Assembly (NCBI GenBank): GCA_963799485.1
Contig: CAWCXJ010000006.1
Span: 192,001-256,000 of the forward strand
Direction of reading: 5' to 3'
From: an uncultured Trueperaceae bacterium
GTDB lineage: Bacteria; Deinococcota; Deinococci; Deinococcales; Trueperaceae
Length of the DNA stretch: 64,000 nucleotides
Below the pieces are notes generated by a model. That model ran no database searches. It had not been told where the DNA came from and saw only the letters and a list, made by a program, of their open reading frames with translations. Shown here piece after piece: positions 9,269-19,378 of this stretch; position 1 is the first letter of the stretch; the number at the start of each line of letters is the position of its first letter. The position numbers were made by a program, and so were the translations under genes.

Positions 9269-11149
9269 TTAGTCCGACGCCTCGAGCAGCGCCTCTTGCA
9301 CCAATCCCAACCGCGCCAGCGTTTTCCGGATACCTTGTGGCCCGAACCCATACGCTTCGTGCTGCGCTACCGGGTCGCCGTGTGGCACGTGTTCGTCGGG
9401 GATACCGAGACGCACGAGGGACACACTCAGGCTTTTGTCCTGCAGCACTTCGGCGACAGCGGAGCCCAGGCCGCCCGTTATCACATGGTCTTCTACGGTG
9501 ATAAGCACCTCGGCTGCGCGTGCGAGACGCGTCAGCAGCTTTTCATCGAGCGGTTTGATAAAGCGGGCGTTGACGACGCCCACGTCGTCCAGACCTTGCG
9601 CGGCCTCGAGCGCGTATATGAGCGTCGGCCCCAAACCCAGGATGTAGGCGCGTTTGCCGGGTTTAATCATTTCCCAGCTGCCCCACTCGAGTTCAGGCCA
9701 GGTTTCTGCGCCGCCAGGAGGAGCCTCGAGGGTTTTGCCCCGGGGCCAGCGGAGCGCTTTGGGGCCACCTAAACGGAGCGCCGTTTTAAGCATTGCCTGC
9801 ATTTCGGCGGCGTCTTTGGGCATCGCCACCGACATGTTCGGCAAGGCCCGCAAGTAGGCGAGGTCGTACACGCCCTGGTGCGTTGCCCCGTCGCCACCCA
9901 CGAGACCGGCCCGGTCGACGGCAAAAATCACGTCCAAGTTTTCGATACACACGTCGTGAATCACCTGGTCGTAGCCACGCTGCAAAAAGGTGCTGTAGAT
10001 CGCCACCACAGGTTTTTCGCCGCGCAGGGCGAGGCCCGCCGCCGTCGTTACGGCGACGTCTTCGGCGATGCCTACGTCGAGATAGCGCGCCGGATGGACT
10101 TTGGAGTACTCGACCAAGCCGCTTCCTTCACGCATTGCCGGGGTGATAACCCAAACGCGGTCGTCAAAATCGGTCAGCTTGGTCGCGGCGTTGCCGAACG
10201 CGCTCGCCCAGGTATAGCCTTTGCCCGCGACGATGGGGTTGTCCGGGTCGAACTTCGACGCACCGTGCCAGTTGATCGGGTCGGATTCGGCAATTTTATA
10301 GCCTTTGCCCTTTTTGGTCACGATATGGAGCATCGTGGGGCCGTCGAGCTGTTGGACGTGCTCGAGGTAATAGAGCAGTTGGTCGATATCGTGACCGTCT
10401 ATCGGGCCGACGTAACGCACCCCCATCGCATGAAAAGGGTTGCTCGAGGCCGGGTCGAAAAACCGCCGGAGCGCCTTTTTGCTGCGGCTACCGAATTCGA
10501 CGAGCGGCTCCCAGATACGGGCGAGTGTCTCCTTACTCGTCGCTTCGGCCTTGTGCAGCCACGGCTTGACTTGCAGCGTCCGCATAAAGGCGTTGAGCCC
10601 ACCGACGTTTTCGCTGATCGACATCTCGTTGTCGTTTAGGATGATCGTCATCCTCGGTTTGACGTGACCGATTTGGTTGAGCGCGGCGAGCGCCATCCCG
10701 CCCGTCAGGGAGCCGTCGCCGATCACTGCCACGACGCTGTAAGGGTCGCTGCGAGCGTCACGGGCCAAGGCCATGCCGAACGCTGCGGCCAAGCTCGTAC
10801 TGGCGTGACCTACCGTGAGGGCGTCGTGGGGCGACTCCGAGGTCGTGGCGAACCCTGCCAGCCCGCCCGGTTGCCGAATCGTATCGATGCGGCCCTTGCG
10901 CCCGGTGATGATCTTGTGCCCGTAGGTCTGGTGGCCTACGTCCCAGACGATGCGGTCAGAAGCGGTGTTGTAAAGATAGTGCAGCGCCACGGTGAGTTCA
11001 ACTGCGCCGAGGCTCGAGGCCAAATGCCCGCCGCCGAGCGAACACACCCGGATGATTTCGCTCCGAAGCTCGTCGGCCAGCTCGTGAAGTTCGGGTTTTG
11101 AAAGCGCCGAAACGTCGTCGGTCGAGTTGACGCGTTCAAGTAGCGCCAT
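9269..11149 (-). CDS. dxs: 1-deoxy-D-xylulose-5-phosphate synthase
   Basis: GGHLASSLG, WDVGHQ, GDGSLTGGMA, LNDNEMSIS, DRAGLVGGDGATHQG; GAGGAGG SD before ATG 11149. Confidence 0.97.
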   Translation of the reverse strand: MALLERVNSTDDVSALSKPELHELADELRSEIIRVCSLGGGHLASSLGAVELTVALHYLYNTASDRIVWDVGHQTYGHKIITGRKGRIDTIRQPGGLAGFATTSESPHDALTVGHASTSLAAAFGMALARDARSDPYSVVAVIGDGSLTGGMALAALNQIGHVKPRMTIILNDNEMSISENVGGLNAFMRTLQVKPWLHKAEATSKETLARIWEPLVEFGSRSKKALRRFFDPASSNPFHAMGVRYVGPIDGHDIDQLLYYLEHVQQLDGPTMLHIVTKKGKGYKIAESDPINWHGASKFDPDNPIVAGKGYTWASAFGNAATKLTDFDDRVWVITPAMREGSGLVEYSKVHPARYLDVGIAEDVAVTTAAGLALRGEKPVVAIYSTFLQRGYDQVIHDVCIENLDVIFAVDRAGLVGGDGATHQGVYDLAYLRALPNMSVAMPKDAAEMQAMLKTALRLGGPKALRWPRGKTLEAPPGGAETWPELEWGSWEMIKPGKRAYILGLGPTLIYALEAAQGLDDVGVVNARFIKPLDEKLLTRLARAAEVLITVEDHVITGGLGSAVAEVLQDKSLSVSLVRLGIPDEHVPHGDPVAQHEAYGFGPQGIRKTLARLGLVQEALLEASD

Positions 11150-11595
11150 CTCGAGCACCTCCTCGCTGCACAAGGACAAAGCAGACAAAAGCGCAGGCCG
11201 AACAGACGTGAGACGGGCTTGACATGAGCTAGTCTACCAAGCTACCCGGAACTGCTTTGTATGACGGCTGTCGGTTAAGTGCGCGCCACCACCCGTAAAA
11301 ACCACTCCCGGTGGTACCCAAAACACGGTTGATCGGGCGGCCCTTTTCGTCGACGTAATACGGCCTCCGGTAAATCCAGGTGTTTACGGAGTGTGACGGG
11401 GTAAGTTATTTGGACTCACCCCCGAAGGCGACACTACGGGACAGCTACTTTGAGGTAGCGCCCGCACGACAGCGGCAGTTCGTAGGACGCTCCAGTGTAG
11501 TCAAGAAAGCCTGCGCGAACTGTCGGAACGCCGCGGGCCAAATCCAAAGACGGTGGCGACCCGGGATGTATTACTGCCGTGGTGATGTGGTCGGC

Positions 11596-13956
11596 TCAGT
11601 GACCACCGAAACGCCGCACCGCCAGTTCCGCGACAAACACGCCCAACCCGGCAAGCGCAAACCACATCCATACGGCGCTCCGCTCTCTGGGTAACTCGGG
11701 CGCATACGTCCCCGCATCTTCGATAACCCGACCGCCGGTGCGCGCGGCAATCTCACGCAAGAGCGTCTGCCCCCCGGCGGTATCGAACTCGTTGTCGGGG
11801 GCGCTTACCTGCGTTCGGGCGACTACCGTGTCGCCCCTGGAAACGCTCAAGCTCCCGCCGGCCTGGACGCTCGGCAATTCCCCTTCGTAACGTCCGGGCG
11901 CGACCTGCTCGAGCCCTACCGCTTCACCCCCGTAACGAGCGGTAAGGGTTTCGCCGTTGATAAATTCACCGCCTGCAACCGCGTCGAGGACGACGCGAAG
12001 ATTGTCGCCGCCCGGCGTCGCGGTGACCTCGTAGGTTTCGGGCCGAACCTGCAACCAGCGCGTTATCGTCCCGAGAATGCCGGGGAGCGCGGCCCAACCG
12101 CCGAAATCGCCGGCAAAGGCGTTGAGGTCGGTGGTCAGGGCGGCGCTGCGGCCCAAACCCTGACGGCTGACCGCCAACACGGGTTCGTTGTCTTCGCCCT
12201 CGAAGATAAGGTCGCTGCCGTTTTTTAGGGTCGTGGCGATGTAGGCTCCGACCCGAGGCGGGGTAAGACCCGCCGGGGTCAACGGGTTGGCCTGCACGCG
12301 CACGGGCAGGGGGCCGTTCCGTAAAAGCGAACGGGTCGCGGTCAGCGCCTCGCTGGTAAAGATGCGCGGCAAGGTGCTGACGTCCAGCGCTTCGTAGTAG
12401 CGCCCGCCCCCGGCCCTGGCAATGTCTGCCAGTCTTGCGGTGTCGGCCTCTGCGCCGATAGCGATGCTCGAGGTGGTAATCTTGTCGCGCTGACCCGCGC
12501 GTGCGAGCGCCCTGAAATCGAAGTCGTTGCCGCTAAAGGGGCCGCCCCCGTCCGAGAGGCGTCCGTCGGTCAAGAGGATAATATGTTTAATCGACGCGCG
12601 GCTCTGCCGCAAACTCTCTAGTCCGGCGCGGTAGGCGGGCTCGAGTAGCGTACCGCCGCCCGCCTGCACGTCCAGGATGGCCTGCAACATCTCACGTTTG
12701 CCTTGGGCAGTTGCAGTGCGGAGCTTAAAGACCCATTCGTCGGAGTCGCTAAAGGTTAAAAAACCAAGCTGGTCGCGTTCATACGCGAGGTCGACGACCT
12801 CGATGGCCCCTTCTTTGGCGAGCTCGAGCTTCGTCGGGTTGCCCGTAGACATCGACTGCGAACGGTCCATGATGATGACGAGCGCGACGAGCGGCAGTTC
12901 GACGTTACTCCGCACATCGGTCGCGACCGGCAGGACCGTTTCGACGGGTGTGCGGTACCAGCCGCCGAGCCCGAAACTCGCCGGGCCGCCCGCCATCATC
13001 AGGCCGCCGCCCTCTTCGACGTAGCTCCGCAGCAGCTCGAGCTGCCCGGTCGAAAACGCCGCGGCCCCTTCGCGCAACACGATAGCGCTGTAGGCGAGCG
13101 GCGCGCGGATACGTTCCGGCCCACCCCGGACGACGCGGAACCCTTGGGTCTCCAAAAGGTTGGCCAAGGCCGGGTCGCCCAACACGAGCACGGGTTCGTC
13201 TTGCGTCACGTCGATTTCGGCGCGGGCCGAGTCGTCTTGGAGGGGTTGGCTAAAGGGCAGCTCGAGCGACGCCTCGACGTCGAGCACGCCGCCGTCCGTC
13301 CCGGCTGCCGACACGGTAAAACGCAGCGGCGTTTGGCCCGCCGAGACCTGCCGGGTGATGGGCTCGAGCTCGGCGCCGCCGACCCGGGGGCGCAGCGTCA
13401 GGGTGGTGTCACGGTCGCTTTCGACGACGGCGACGACCTCGGCGCGGGCACCCGGCGCGAGCCGCGCGGGGGCTAGGAGTTCACGCAGCCGCACGTTGCC
13501 GAGGCTGGGGGCGTAGAGGACGTCAACGGGAACCTCGGGAAGTGAGGCGAGCGCGTCACCCTGCGACTCGGCTCCGTCACTGACAAGGAGCAAGCGCCCT
13601 GCGCCCGAAGCGGCGGCGACCTGAAGCGCCCGCCCGATGTCGGTGCGTTCTGGTTCTAGCTGGGGCGTGTTTTCAGGTCGTCCCCCTACTGCAGCTGTGT
13701 CCCCAGCAAACTCAAGGGTCGTTTCGCCGGCGAGAGGTGCAGCCGCGTCCTTGGCGGCGTCGCCGACGCTCTCCGACACATCGACCAGCACGCCCAGCGT
13801 CGCAGTTTTAGCCGGCAGCGAGGGTTGAGCGAGCGCAATAAGTAGCAGCGCAAGTGCAACGAGCCGCAGCAGCCACGGGCCGAACCGGGTACGACCGGGT
13901 AAAAAGGGCAGCAGCAGCAGGCCCAAAAGCACCCACGGCGCAGCGAAGATGTTCAT
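11596..13956 (-). CDS. Membrane-anchored VWA-domain protein with GATase-like domain
   Basis: DVSES and DRSQSM MIDAS motifs, LLTDG, GGGLMMAGGPASFGLGG; terminal TM segments. Confidence 0.85.
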   Translation of the reverse strand: MNIFAAPWVLLGLLLLPFLPGRTRFGPWLLRLVALALLLIALAQPSLPAKTATLGVLVDVSESVGDAAKDAAAPLAGETTLEFAGDTAAVGGRPENTPQLEPERTDIGRALQVAAASGAGRLLLVSDGAESQGDALASLPEVPVDVLYAPSLGNVRLRELLAPARLAPGARAEVVAVVESDRDTTLTLRPRVGGAELEPITRQVSAGQTPLRFTVSAAGTDGGVLDVEASLELPFSQPLQDDSARAEIDVTQDEPVLVLGDPALANLLETQGFRVVRGGPERIRAPLAYSAIVLREGAAAFSTGQLELLRSYVEEGGGLMMAGGPASFGLGGWYRTPVETVLPVATDVRSNVELPLVALVIIMDRSQSMSTGNPTKLELAKEGAIEVVDLAYERDQLGFLTFSDSDEWVFKLRTATAQGKREMLQAILDVQAGGGTLLEPAYRAGLESLRQSRASIKHIILLTDGRLSDGGGPFSGNDFDFRALARAGQRDKITTSSIAIGAEADTARLADIARAGGGRYYEALDVSTLPRIFTSEALTATRSLLRNGPLPVRVQANPLTPAGLTPPRVGAYIATTLKNGSDLIFEGEDNEPVLAVSRQGLGRSAALTTDLNAFAGDFGGWAALPGILGTITRWLQVRPETYEVTATPGGDNLRVVLDAVAGGEFINGETLTARYGGEAVGLEQVAPGRYEGELPSVQAGGSLSVSRGDTVVARTQVSAPDNEFDTAGGQTLLREIAARTGGRVIEDAGTYAPELPRERSAVWMWFALAGLGVFVAELAVRRFGGH

Positions 13957-14103
13957 TCCCTATCATACTGCGGGTTTGCACAGGCGGTTTGTCGTCAGCC
14001 GTCTCGAAGCGCCCTCGAGGTTACGCTCGGGTATTTTGCAACCAGTGCCTCGCGGCGCGACGTTTGCAGGTTCGTTGCTGAAAGCGAAACCTGAACGTGC
14101 GCG

Positions 14104-15072
14104 CTAATGGCGTTCCTCACTCCGGTCGGTGGCGACTGCGACTGCCGGAGAGAGCGCCGTAATCTCCGCGCGCATTTCCGGCGTCACCACAAAAGTTGCC
14201 GCTGCCAGTGAAGGCTTAAGCTGCTCGACGTTTCTTGCGCCGATGATGGGCGCAGTTACCGCCGGATGCGACCCGGCCCACGCGACCGCCAGCGTCGCCG
14301 GGTGAATATCATGCTCACGGGCGTACTGCACAAACCGCGCCGCCGTCTCCTGGTGCTGGGGTTCGCCGTAACGCGCGGTGTACATCTTGTTGTCGATCAG
14401 GCGGCCCTGCGTCGGCTGGCTTTCCGTGTACTTGCCCGTCAGCAACCCGCCCCCGAGCGGGCTGTAGGGGATGACGCCGAGTTTTTCGGACATGGCCAGC
14501 GGCAAGATTTCAACTTCGGCCTGGCGTTTGGTGAGGTTGTACATCGGCTGAATCAGCTCGAAACGCGCGAGGTGTTCGGCGGCAGCGGTGCCGAGCGCTT
14601 TCATAATCTGCCACGCCGCCCAGTTGCTCACCGCCGGGTAGAGGATAAGGCCGCGCTGGACGAGGCTGTCCAGGGTGCGGAGTGTCTCCTCGATGGGCGT
14701 GTCGGGGTCGAACTGGTGAACGAAGTAGAACTCGAGCCTGTCCGTCCCCAGCCGTTTCAAAGAGGCTTCGACGGCGCGGGTCAGGTGACGGCGTGAGAGC
14801 CCCCCGTCGTTGACGCCGTCACCCGTCTTGCCGAAACCCTTGCTCGTGATGATGAGGTCATCGCGCTCGTCCCGGATGAGCCGCCCTAAAATCTCTTCGG
14901 AGCGGCCCCCTGCATAGACGTTGGCGCAGTCGAAAAAGTTGATGCCGGCTTCTCTGGTTGTTTTGTACAACTTTGCCGATTCGTTTTCGTCGGCAGTGTC
15001 GCCAAACGACATCGTGCCGAAGCAGAGTGGGGCGACCTTGACGCCGGTTTTCCCTACGGTGCGGTAGTTCAT
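14104..15072 (-). CDS. Aldo/keto reductase
   Basis: LCFGTMSFG, GINFFDCANVY, IPYSPLGGGLLTGKY. Confidence 0.9.
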   Translation of the reverse strand: MNYRTVGKTGVKVAPLCFGTMSFGDTADENESAKLYKTTREAGINFFDCANVYAGGRSEEILGRLIRDERDDLIITSKGFGKTGDGVNDGGLSRRHLTRAVEASLKRLGTDRLEFYFVHQFDPDTPIEETLRTLDSLVQRGLILYPAVSNWAAWQIMKALGTAAAEHLARFELIQPMYNLTKRQAEVEILPLAMSEKLGVIPYSPLGGGLLTGKYTESQPTQGRLIDNKMYTARYGEPQHQETAARFVQYAREHDIHPATLAVAWAGSHPAVTAPIIGARNVEQLKPSLAAATFVVTPEMRAEITALSPAVAVATDRSEERH

Positions 15073-15081
15073 CTCAACTCC

Positions 15082-16599
15082 TTAGTGTTCGATAAGTGAG
15101 GTCCGGGTCATCTCCGGCGGCGCTTTGACGCCGAGCAGTTCCAAAACGGTCGGCGCAACATCGCCTAAAATGCCGCCCGAACGCAGTTTCACGTCTCCCG
15201 CTCCGATCACGAGGCACGGTACCGGATTGGTCGTGTGCGCGGTGTGCGGCCCGCCGTCAGGAGCGATCATCACCTCGGCGTTGCCGTGGTCGGCAATGAC
15301 GATCAGTGCGCCGCCCTTTTCTTGTACCGCTGCCGAAAGCTTACCGAGTGCTTCGTCGGCAACCTCACACGCTTTGACGGCCGCCTCTAAAACACCCGTA
15401 TGCCCGACCATATCGGGATTGGCAAAATTGATCAGGATAAAGTCGTCGTTGTGCTCACGCAACCGTTCGAGCGTCGCTGCAGTCAACTCCGGCGCGCTCA
15501 TTTCGGGCTGGAGGTCGTAGGTGGCAACTTTGGGTGACGGGACGATTTCTCGGTCTTCGCCCGCAAACGGCGTTTCTATCTTGGCGTCGAAAAAGTACGT
15601 CACGTGCGGATACTTTTCGGTTTCGGCGGTGTGGTACTGCGTTTTACCGGCGTTGCTAAGCACTTCGGCAAGCGGGTGTTTAATTTCAGGCAGGGCCATG
15701 GCAAAAGGCACGTGCAACTTGGCGTCGTACTCCATCAGTGAGGCGTAGTGAATTTTGGGAACGTTGCAACGTTCAAACTGCGACCACGACGCGTCACCTA
15801 AAAGCGCGTAAGTGAGCTGCCGGGCACGGTCGGCGCGAAAGTTAAAGAACACTACCGCGTCGCCGTTACGCACCGGAGCGCCGCCGCCGATAACCGTAGG
15901 CGCGATAAACTCGTCGGTTTCGCCTCGGTCATAGGCAGCTTTTACGGCGGCAGTCGCTGTGTCCGCGTGTTGCTCGGACTTCGCGCAGACGATAGCGTCA
16001 TACGCGCGTTGCACCCGTTCCCAGCGGTTGTCGCGGTCCATCGCAAAGTAGCGGCCCGACACCGTAGCAATACGAACGTCATGGTCTAACGCACCGATTT
16101 TTGCCTGAAGCTGCTCGAGAAAGCCCAGCCCGCTGTCCGGCGCGGTGTCGCGTCCATCGGTAAAGACGTGAACGTAAACAGGTGCGGTGCCTTTACGTTT
16201 GGCGAGGTCTAAGAGCCCGAACAGATGCCGGATATCGCTGTGAACGCCGCCGTCGCTTACCAGACCCATGAGATGCAGTGCGCCGCCGGAGGCTGCGTCA
16301 TACGTTTCGTTCAAGACCGGGTTGTTAAAAAATGTGCCGTCGTCGATGGCGTCTTGAATAAAACTCAGGCTCTGTTTGACGATACGCCCCGCGCCCAGAT
16401 TGAGGTGCCCGACTTCGGAGTTCCCCATCTGCCCGTCCGGAAGCCCGACGGCGCGGCCCGAAGCCTGTAACTCGGTATGGGGCGCGGTCTGCCAGAGGTA
16501 GTCGAAGTTTGGCGTGTTAGCAAGGGCGACGGCGTTGCCGGGGCCGTCAGGGGCGAGGCCGAAACCGTCTAGAATCATAAGCATCACGGGGGTAGGCAT
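15082..16599 (-). CDS. gpmI: 2,3-bisphosphoglycerate-independent phosphoglycerate mutase
   Basis: GQMGNSEVGH, DGGVHS, AETEKYPHVTYF, NPDMVGHTG, ADHGNAE. Confidence 0.97.
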   Translation of the reverse strand: MPTPVMLMILDGFGLAPDGPGNAVALANTPNFDYLWQTAPHTELQASGRAVGLPDGQMGNSEVGHLNLGAGRIVKQSLSFIQDAIDDGTFFNNPVLNETYDAASGGALHLMGLVSDGGVHSDIRHLFGLLDLAKRKGTAPVYVHVFTDGRDTAPDSGLGFLEQLQAKIGALDHDVRIATVSGRYFAMDRDNRWERVQRAYDAIVCAKSEQHADTATAAVKAAYDRGETDEFIAPTVIGGGAPVRNGDAVVFFNFRADRARQLTYALLGDASWSQFERCNVPKIHYASLMEYDAKLHVPFAMALPEIKHPLAEVLSNAGKTQYHTAETEKYPHVTYFFDAKIETPFAGEDREIVPSPKVATYDLQPEMSAPELTAATLERLREHNDDFILINFANPDMVGHTGVLEAAVKACEVADEALGKLSAAVQEKGGALIVIADHGNAEVMIAPDGGPHTAHTTNPVPCLVIGAGDVKLRSGGILGDVAPTVLELLGVKAPPEMTRTSLIEH

Positions 16600-16616
16600 G
16601 GGGACTCCTCGAGTCG

Positions 16617-17066
16617 TTAGCGGGTACGAAAATTTTGCAGGGTAGCGAGTACGACAACTTCACCTTCGTGAAGGTAAAACTCGTCCAGCCTGAACCCTGA
16701 GACCTGTTCCTCGACAAGTTTTTGTATGTCCACGACGAGGCGCGGGGTGCTTTCGCCCTTTTCGATGCGGACACCCTCAGGGAGCGAAATGGCGTCGGTT
16801 AAAAAGTTGAGCAAGCGGTGGACGGGTAAGGACAAGACGTTGGTCACGAGATTGAAAGTGGCGACGCCCGCCGTAAACGTGAGAAAGTGAAGCTCGAGCC
16901 TCACCTTGGGCGCAGCGGCGCGTAAAAACCGGGGCAACACCGACTCGGACGTGATCTGCACGAAAACCGTGCTGCCCACGCAACTTACCTGCTCGATAGG
17001 CGCGGGTAAGGGTTTCTCGGCGGTAGCTAGCTCTAAGGCTTCGGGAAAAGGCAAAATCAGCTGCAC
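16617..17066 (-). CDS. Hypothetical protein
   Basis: ORF fills the gap; TAAACT -10 is 7 nt before GTG 17066. Confidence 0.6.
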   Translation of the reverse strand: MQLILPFPEALELATAEKPLPAPIEQVSCVGSTVFVQITSESVLPRFLRAAAPKVRLELHFLTFTAGVATFNLVTNVLSLPVHRLLNFLTDAISLPEGVRIEKGESTPRLVVDIQKLVEEQVSGFRLDEFYLHEGEVVVLATLQNFRTR

Positions 17067-17103
17067 AGTCTGCAGTTTACAACCTATAGTCGATAACCTA
17101 TAT

Positions 17104-17952
17104 CTAGTGCCAGCGGCCCAGTGCGCGGGCAATGCGGGCGTCTAGGTAGCTGAAATCGTCTTCGTTTACTTCGTTTAAGCGCTTGTCTAGAACGTGCGCC
17201 AGATAACAGCGGGCAGCGAACTCGAGGTGTGGTCTATACGCGGGGTCGGCTAAAACTTGTGGCAACAGCTCTTGCACTTTTTCGCTCAAGTACGCTTTGG
17301 CTTGAAATACGGCGACCGCCCGCTCTTCTTCGCTTAGAAGCGGCGTCGCTTGACCGGGGGCAACTGCCAGGATGCGGCGCGCCGTCCTGACTTTAGGAGA
17401 TTCGGCGTAACGCGCGCAGGTCACGCAGAGCCCGCGTGTCGGGGTCAGCCCGGCGCAAACGTCGCACGCCCACCAGCCTTCGGCCTCACGCGCGGCCCGC
17501 CATGAGAGCATCGCCTTGGCTGCGCCCATCGCACGCCGGGTCAGTTCGTCGGACAGTTCGGCCTGAGAGACGGCCCTAGACAGCTCGGCGAGCGCTTTGG
17601 GGTCGGGAGGTGCAGCCTTTTTCGGGGGGGGTGTTTCTTCCAGCAGCGGTCTCCGGCCCAACCGAAACCGCACGTCTTTTACGTCTCTCACGCCAAACTT
17701 AGCCGTGTAGACGTTGACGAATTTCTGCCGCTGAAACCCTAGATGCATCGCCGTTTCGGAGTCCTGCACCTCGACGACGAGCACACCGTCTTGCAGGGTT
17801 TTGGCCTCGGTAAACCCGGCGACCTTGGCCCCGACGACCTGCGGCCACAAGAGCACCGCTTCGGCGCGCTTCACGCCGCGTTTAAGGCCGCCCTTTTTGA
17901 ACACTTCGGCGAGCAGGTCGGAGACGTTCTGTGAGTGGTTACGGTTCCGCAC
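17104..17952 (-). CDS. DUF721 / DciA-family protein with Cys motifs
   Basis: WPQVVGAKVAGFT...DGVLVVEV; two CxxC motifs; overlaps the recF stop. Confidence 0.8.
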   Translation of the reverse strand: MRNRNHSQNVSDLLAEVFKKGGLKRGVKRAEAVLLWPQVVGAKVAGFTEAKTLQDGVLVVEVQDSETAMHLGFQRQKFVNVYTAKFGVRDVKDVRFRLGRRPLLEETPPPKKAAPPDPKALAELSRAVSQAELSDELTRRAMGAAKAMLSWRAAREAEGWWACDVCAGLTPTRGLCVTCARYAESPKVRTARRILAVAPGQATPLLSEEERAVAVFQAKAYLSEKVQELLPQVLADPAYRPHLEFAARCYLAHVLDKRLNEVNEDDFSYLDARIARALGRWH

Positions 17953-19021
17953 GAGCTTGTCCTGCAGCTTGGCTTTGTGTGATAGCTTGGCTTTGTGTGA
18001 CCTGACCTCCGGAGATAAGAAACTGCGCGGCGGCGTGCGGCGGCGCTTCGGTTCCGCTCACAACAGCCTGCGGCGCTCTCGAGGCCAGCCGCAACAAAAA
18101 CTCACGCCGTCCGGCGTCGAGTTCGGCGGTAAAGTCGTCGAGCAGTAATACAGGTGCTTCGCGGTGCTTTTCGCTTAAAAGCCGATACTCGGCGACGCGT
18201 AAAGACAAGGCGGCGGTGCGGGCTTCCCCCCTCGAGCCGTAGGCCTGAACACTGTGCCCGCCCAAAGTCAGGAGCATATCACCCCGGTGCGGCCCCACGA
18301 CGGTCACGCCACGGGCGCGTTCCTCGAGTTCGGCTTCAGCGAGCGCGTCTCCCAGATTTTCGTGTGCGCCGGTCAATGCGACCCCCAGGGGTTTATCGTC
18401 GCCGGAAATCTCCGCGTAGGTCTCGGCGGCAATCGTCGCGATTTTGACCAAAGCCCTTGCCCGTAACGCACCTACTGCATTGCCGAGTTCGACAAACCGC
18501 TCCGTCCAGACGCTCAGGGTGGGGTCGCCGCGCTTTAGGGCGGCGTTACGTTGCTCCACGACTCGAGTATACTCGCGGTGCAAAAGTGCGTAGCGAACTG
18601 AAAGCTTGCTCAAAAGGCTGTCCAGGTAACCGCGCCGGAGCGCCGGAGCGCCGTGGATGAGGTCGGCGTCTTCAGGTGTAATCAAGACTGCTGCCGACAC
18701 TTTGGCGAGTTCAAAGGCGCGCACGGTCTGCCCGTCCAGCCGGACGACTTTTTTGCCCGGAGCCAGCCCAATCTGCGTGCTCACCACACCGTCGTCTCGT
18801 TCGACACTTACGCTCACATACCCTTCGGTCTCGCCCAAACGGACGGTTTCGGAGATTTTGCCGTAAGGGAGTTCGCCGCTGCAGCCCAGATAAACAGCTT
18901 CTAAAAGGTTCGATTTACCCGCCGCGTTACGCCCGACGACCGCCGTAACGCCGGGGCCGAAACTCAACCGGGGCGTGTTTAGGTTGCGGAAGTTGAGCTG
19001 TGATAACGCCCGTAAAAGCAC
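17939..19021 (-). CDS. recF: DNA replication/repair protein RecF
   Basis: NFRNL, GRNAAGKSNLLEA, GPHRGD, SRGEART, LLLDDFTAELD; TAAGCT -10 is 7 nt before the GTG. Confidence 0.95.
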   Translation of the reverse strand: MLLRALSQLNFRNLNTPRLSFGPGVTAVVGRNAAGKSNLLEAVYLGCSGELPYGKISETVRLGETEGYVSVSVERDDGVVSTQIGLAPGKKVVRLDGQTVRAFELAKVSAAVLITPEDADLIHGAPALRRGYLDSLLSKLSVRYALLHREYTRVVEQRNAALKRGDPTLSVWTERFVELGNAVGALRARALVKIATIAAETYAEISGDDKPLGVALTGAHENLGDALAEAELEERARGVTVVGPHRGDMLLTLGGHSVQAYGSRGEARTAALSLRVAEYRLLSEKHREAPVLLLDDFTAELDAGRREFLLRLASRAPQAVVSGTEAPPHAAAQFLISGGQVTQSQAITQSQAAGQARAEP

Positions 19022-19378
19022 GTTTTCAAGCTTAACCCGTCTTCTAGCCGAGGTTTTAGGAGCAGCGGGTAGTTTTTTAGGCGTTGTTGCGTGAACAGGC
19101 AAAAGAGGCCTTGGCCGAAACGACTATGATTGAAACGACTGTGTTTTGTCTCAAAGCAACCTTCTAAGCCCAAGCCTTTGCCGGGCGCTTTGACAACCAA
19201 GCGACTGAACTCGAGCGCAAGTATAAAGCCCTCACTATTCGCGCCCATTGCCGTAAAATTGCGGCTCACAACTTCGCCGGCCCCGTTATTCCCTAGCAGT
19301 CGAGGTGAAATGTCGTTTATTTGCGAGTAGTTACCACGCTTCGCCGGCAAGAGAGTTGGTTTGGCTGCGCAACTAGAG

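Noticed and set aside
9045..9272. ORF MAEPTGFEPATF...
   Set aside because: Translation of the tRNA-Asp antisense strand
11240..11590. Unexplained intergenic stretch with protein-like minus-strand fragments and a 104-aa plus-strand ORF
   Set aside because: No recognisable family, start signal or consistent frame
17966..18001. 18-bp tandem duplication in the recF tail (also 21-bp at ~55281 and 15-bp at ~53834)
   Set aside because: Two-copy in-frame duplications in low-complexity linkers; ordinary
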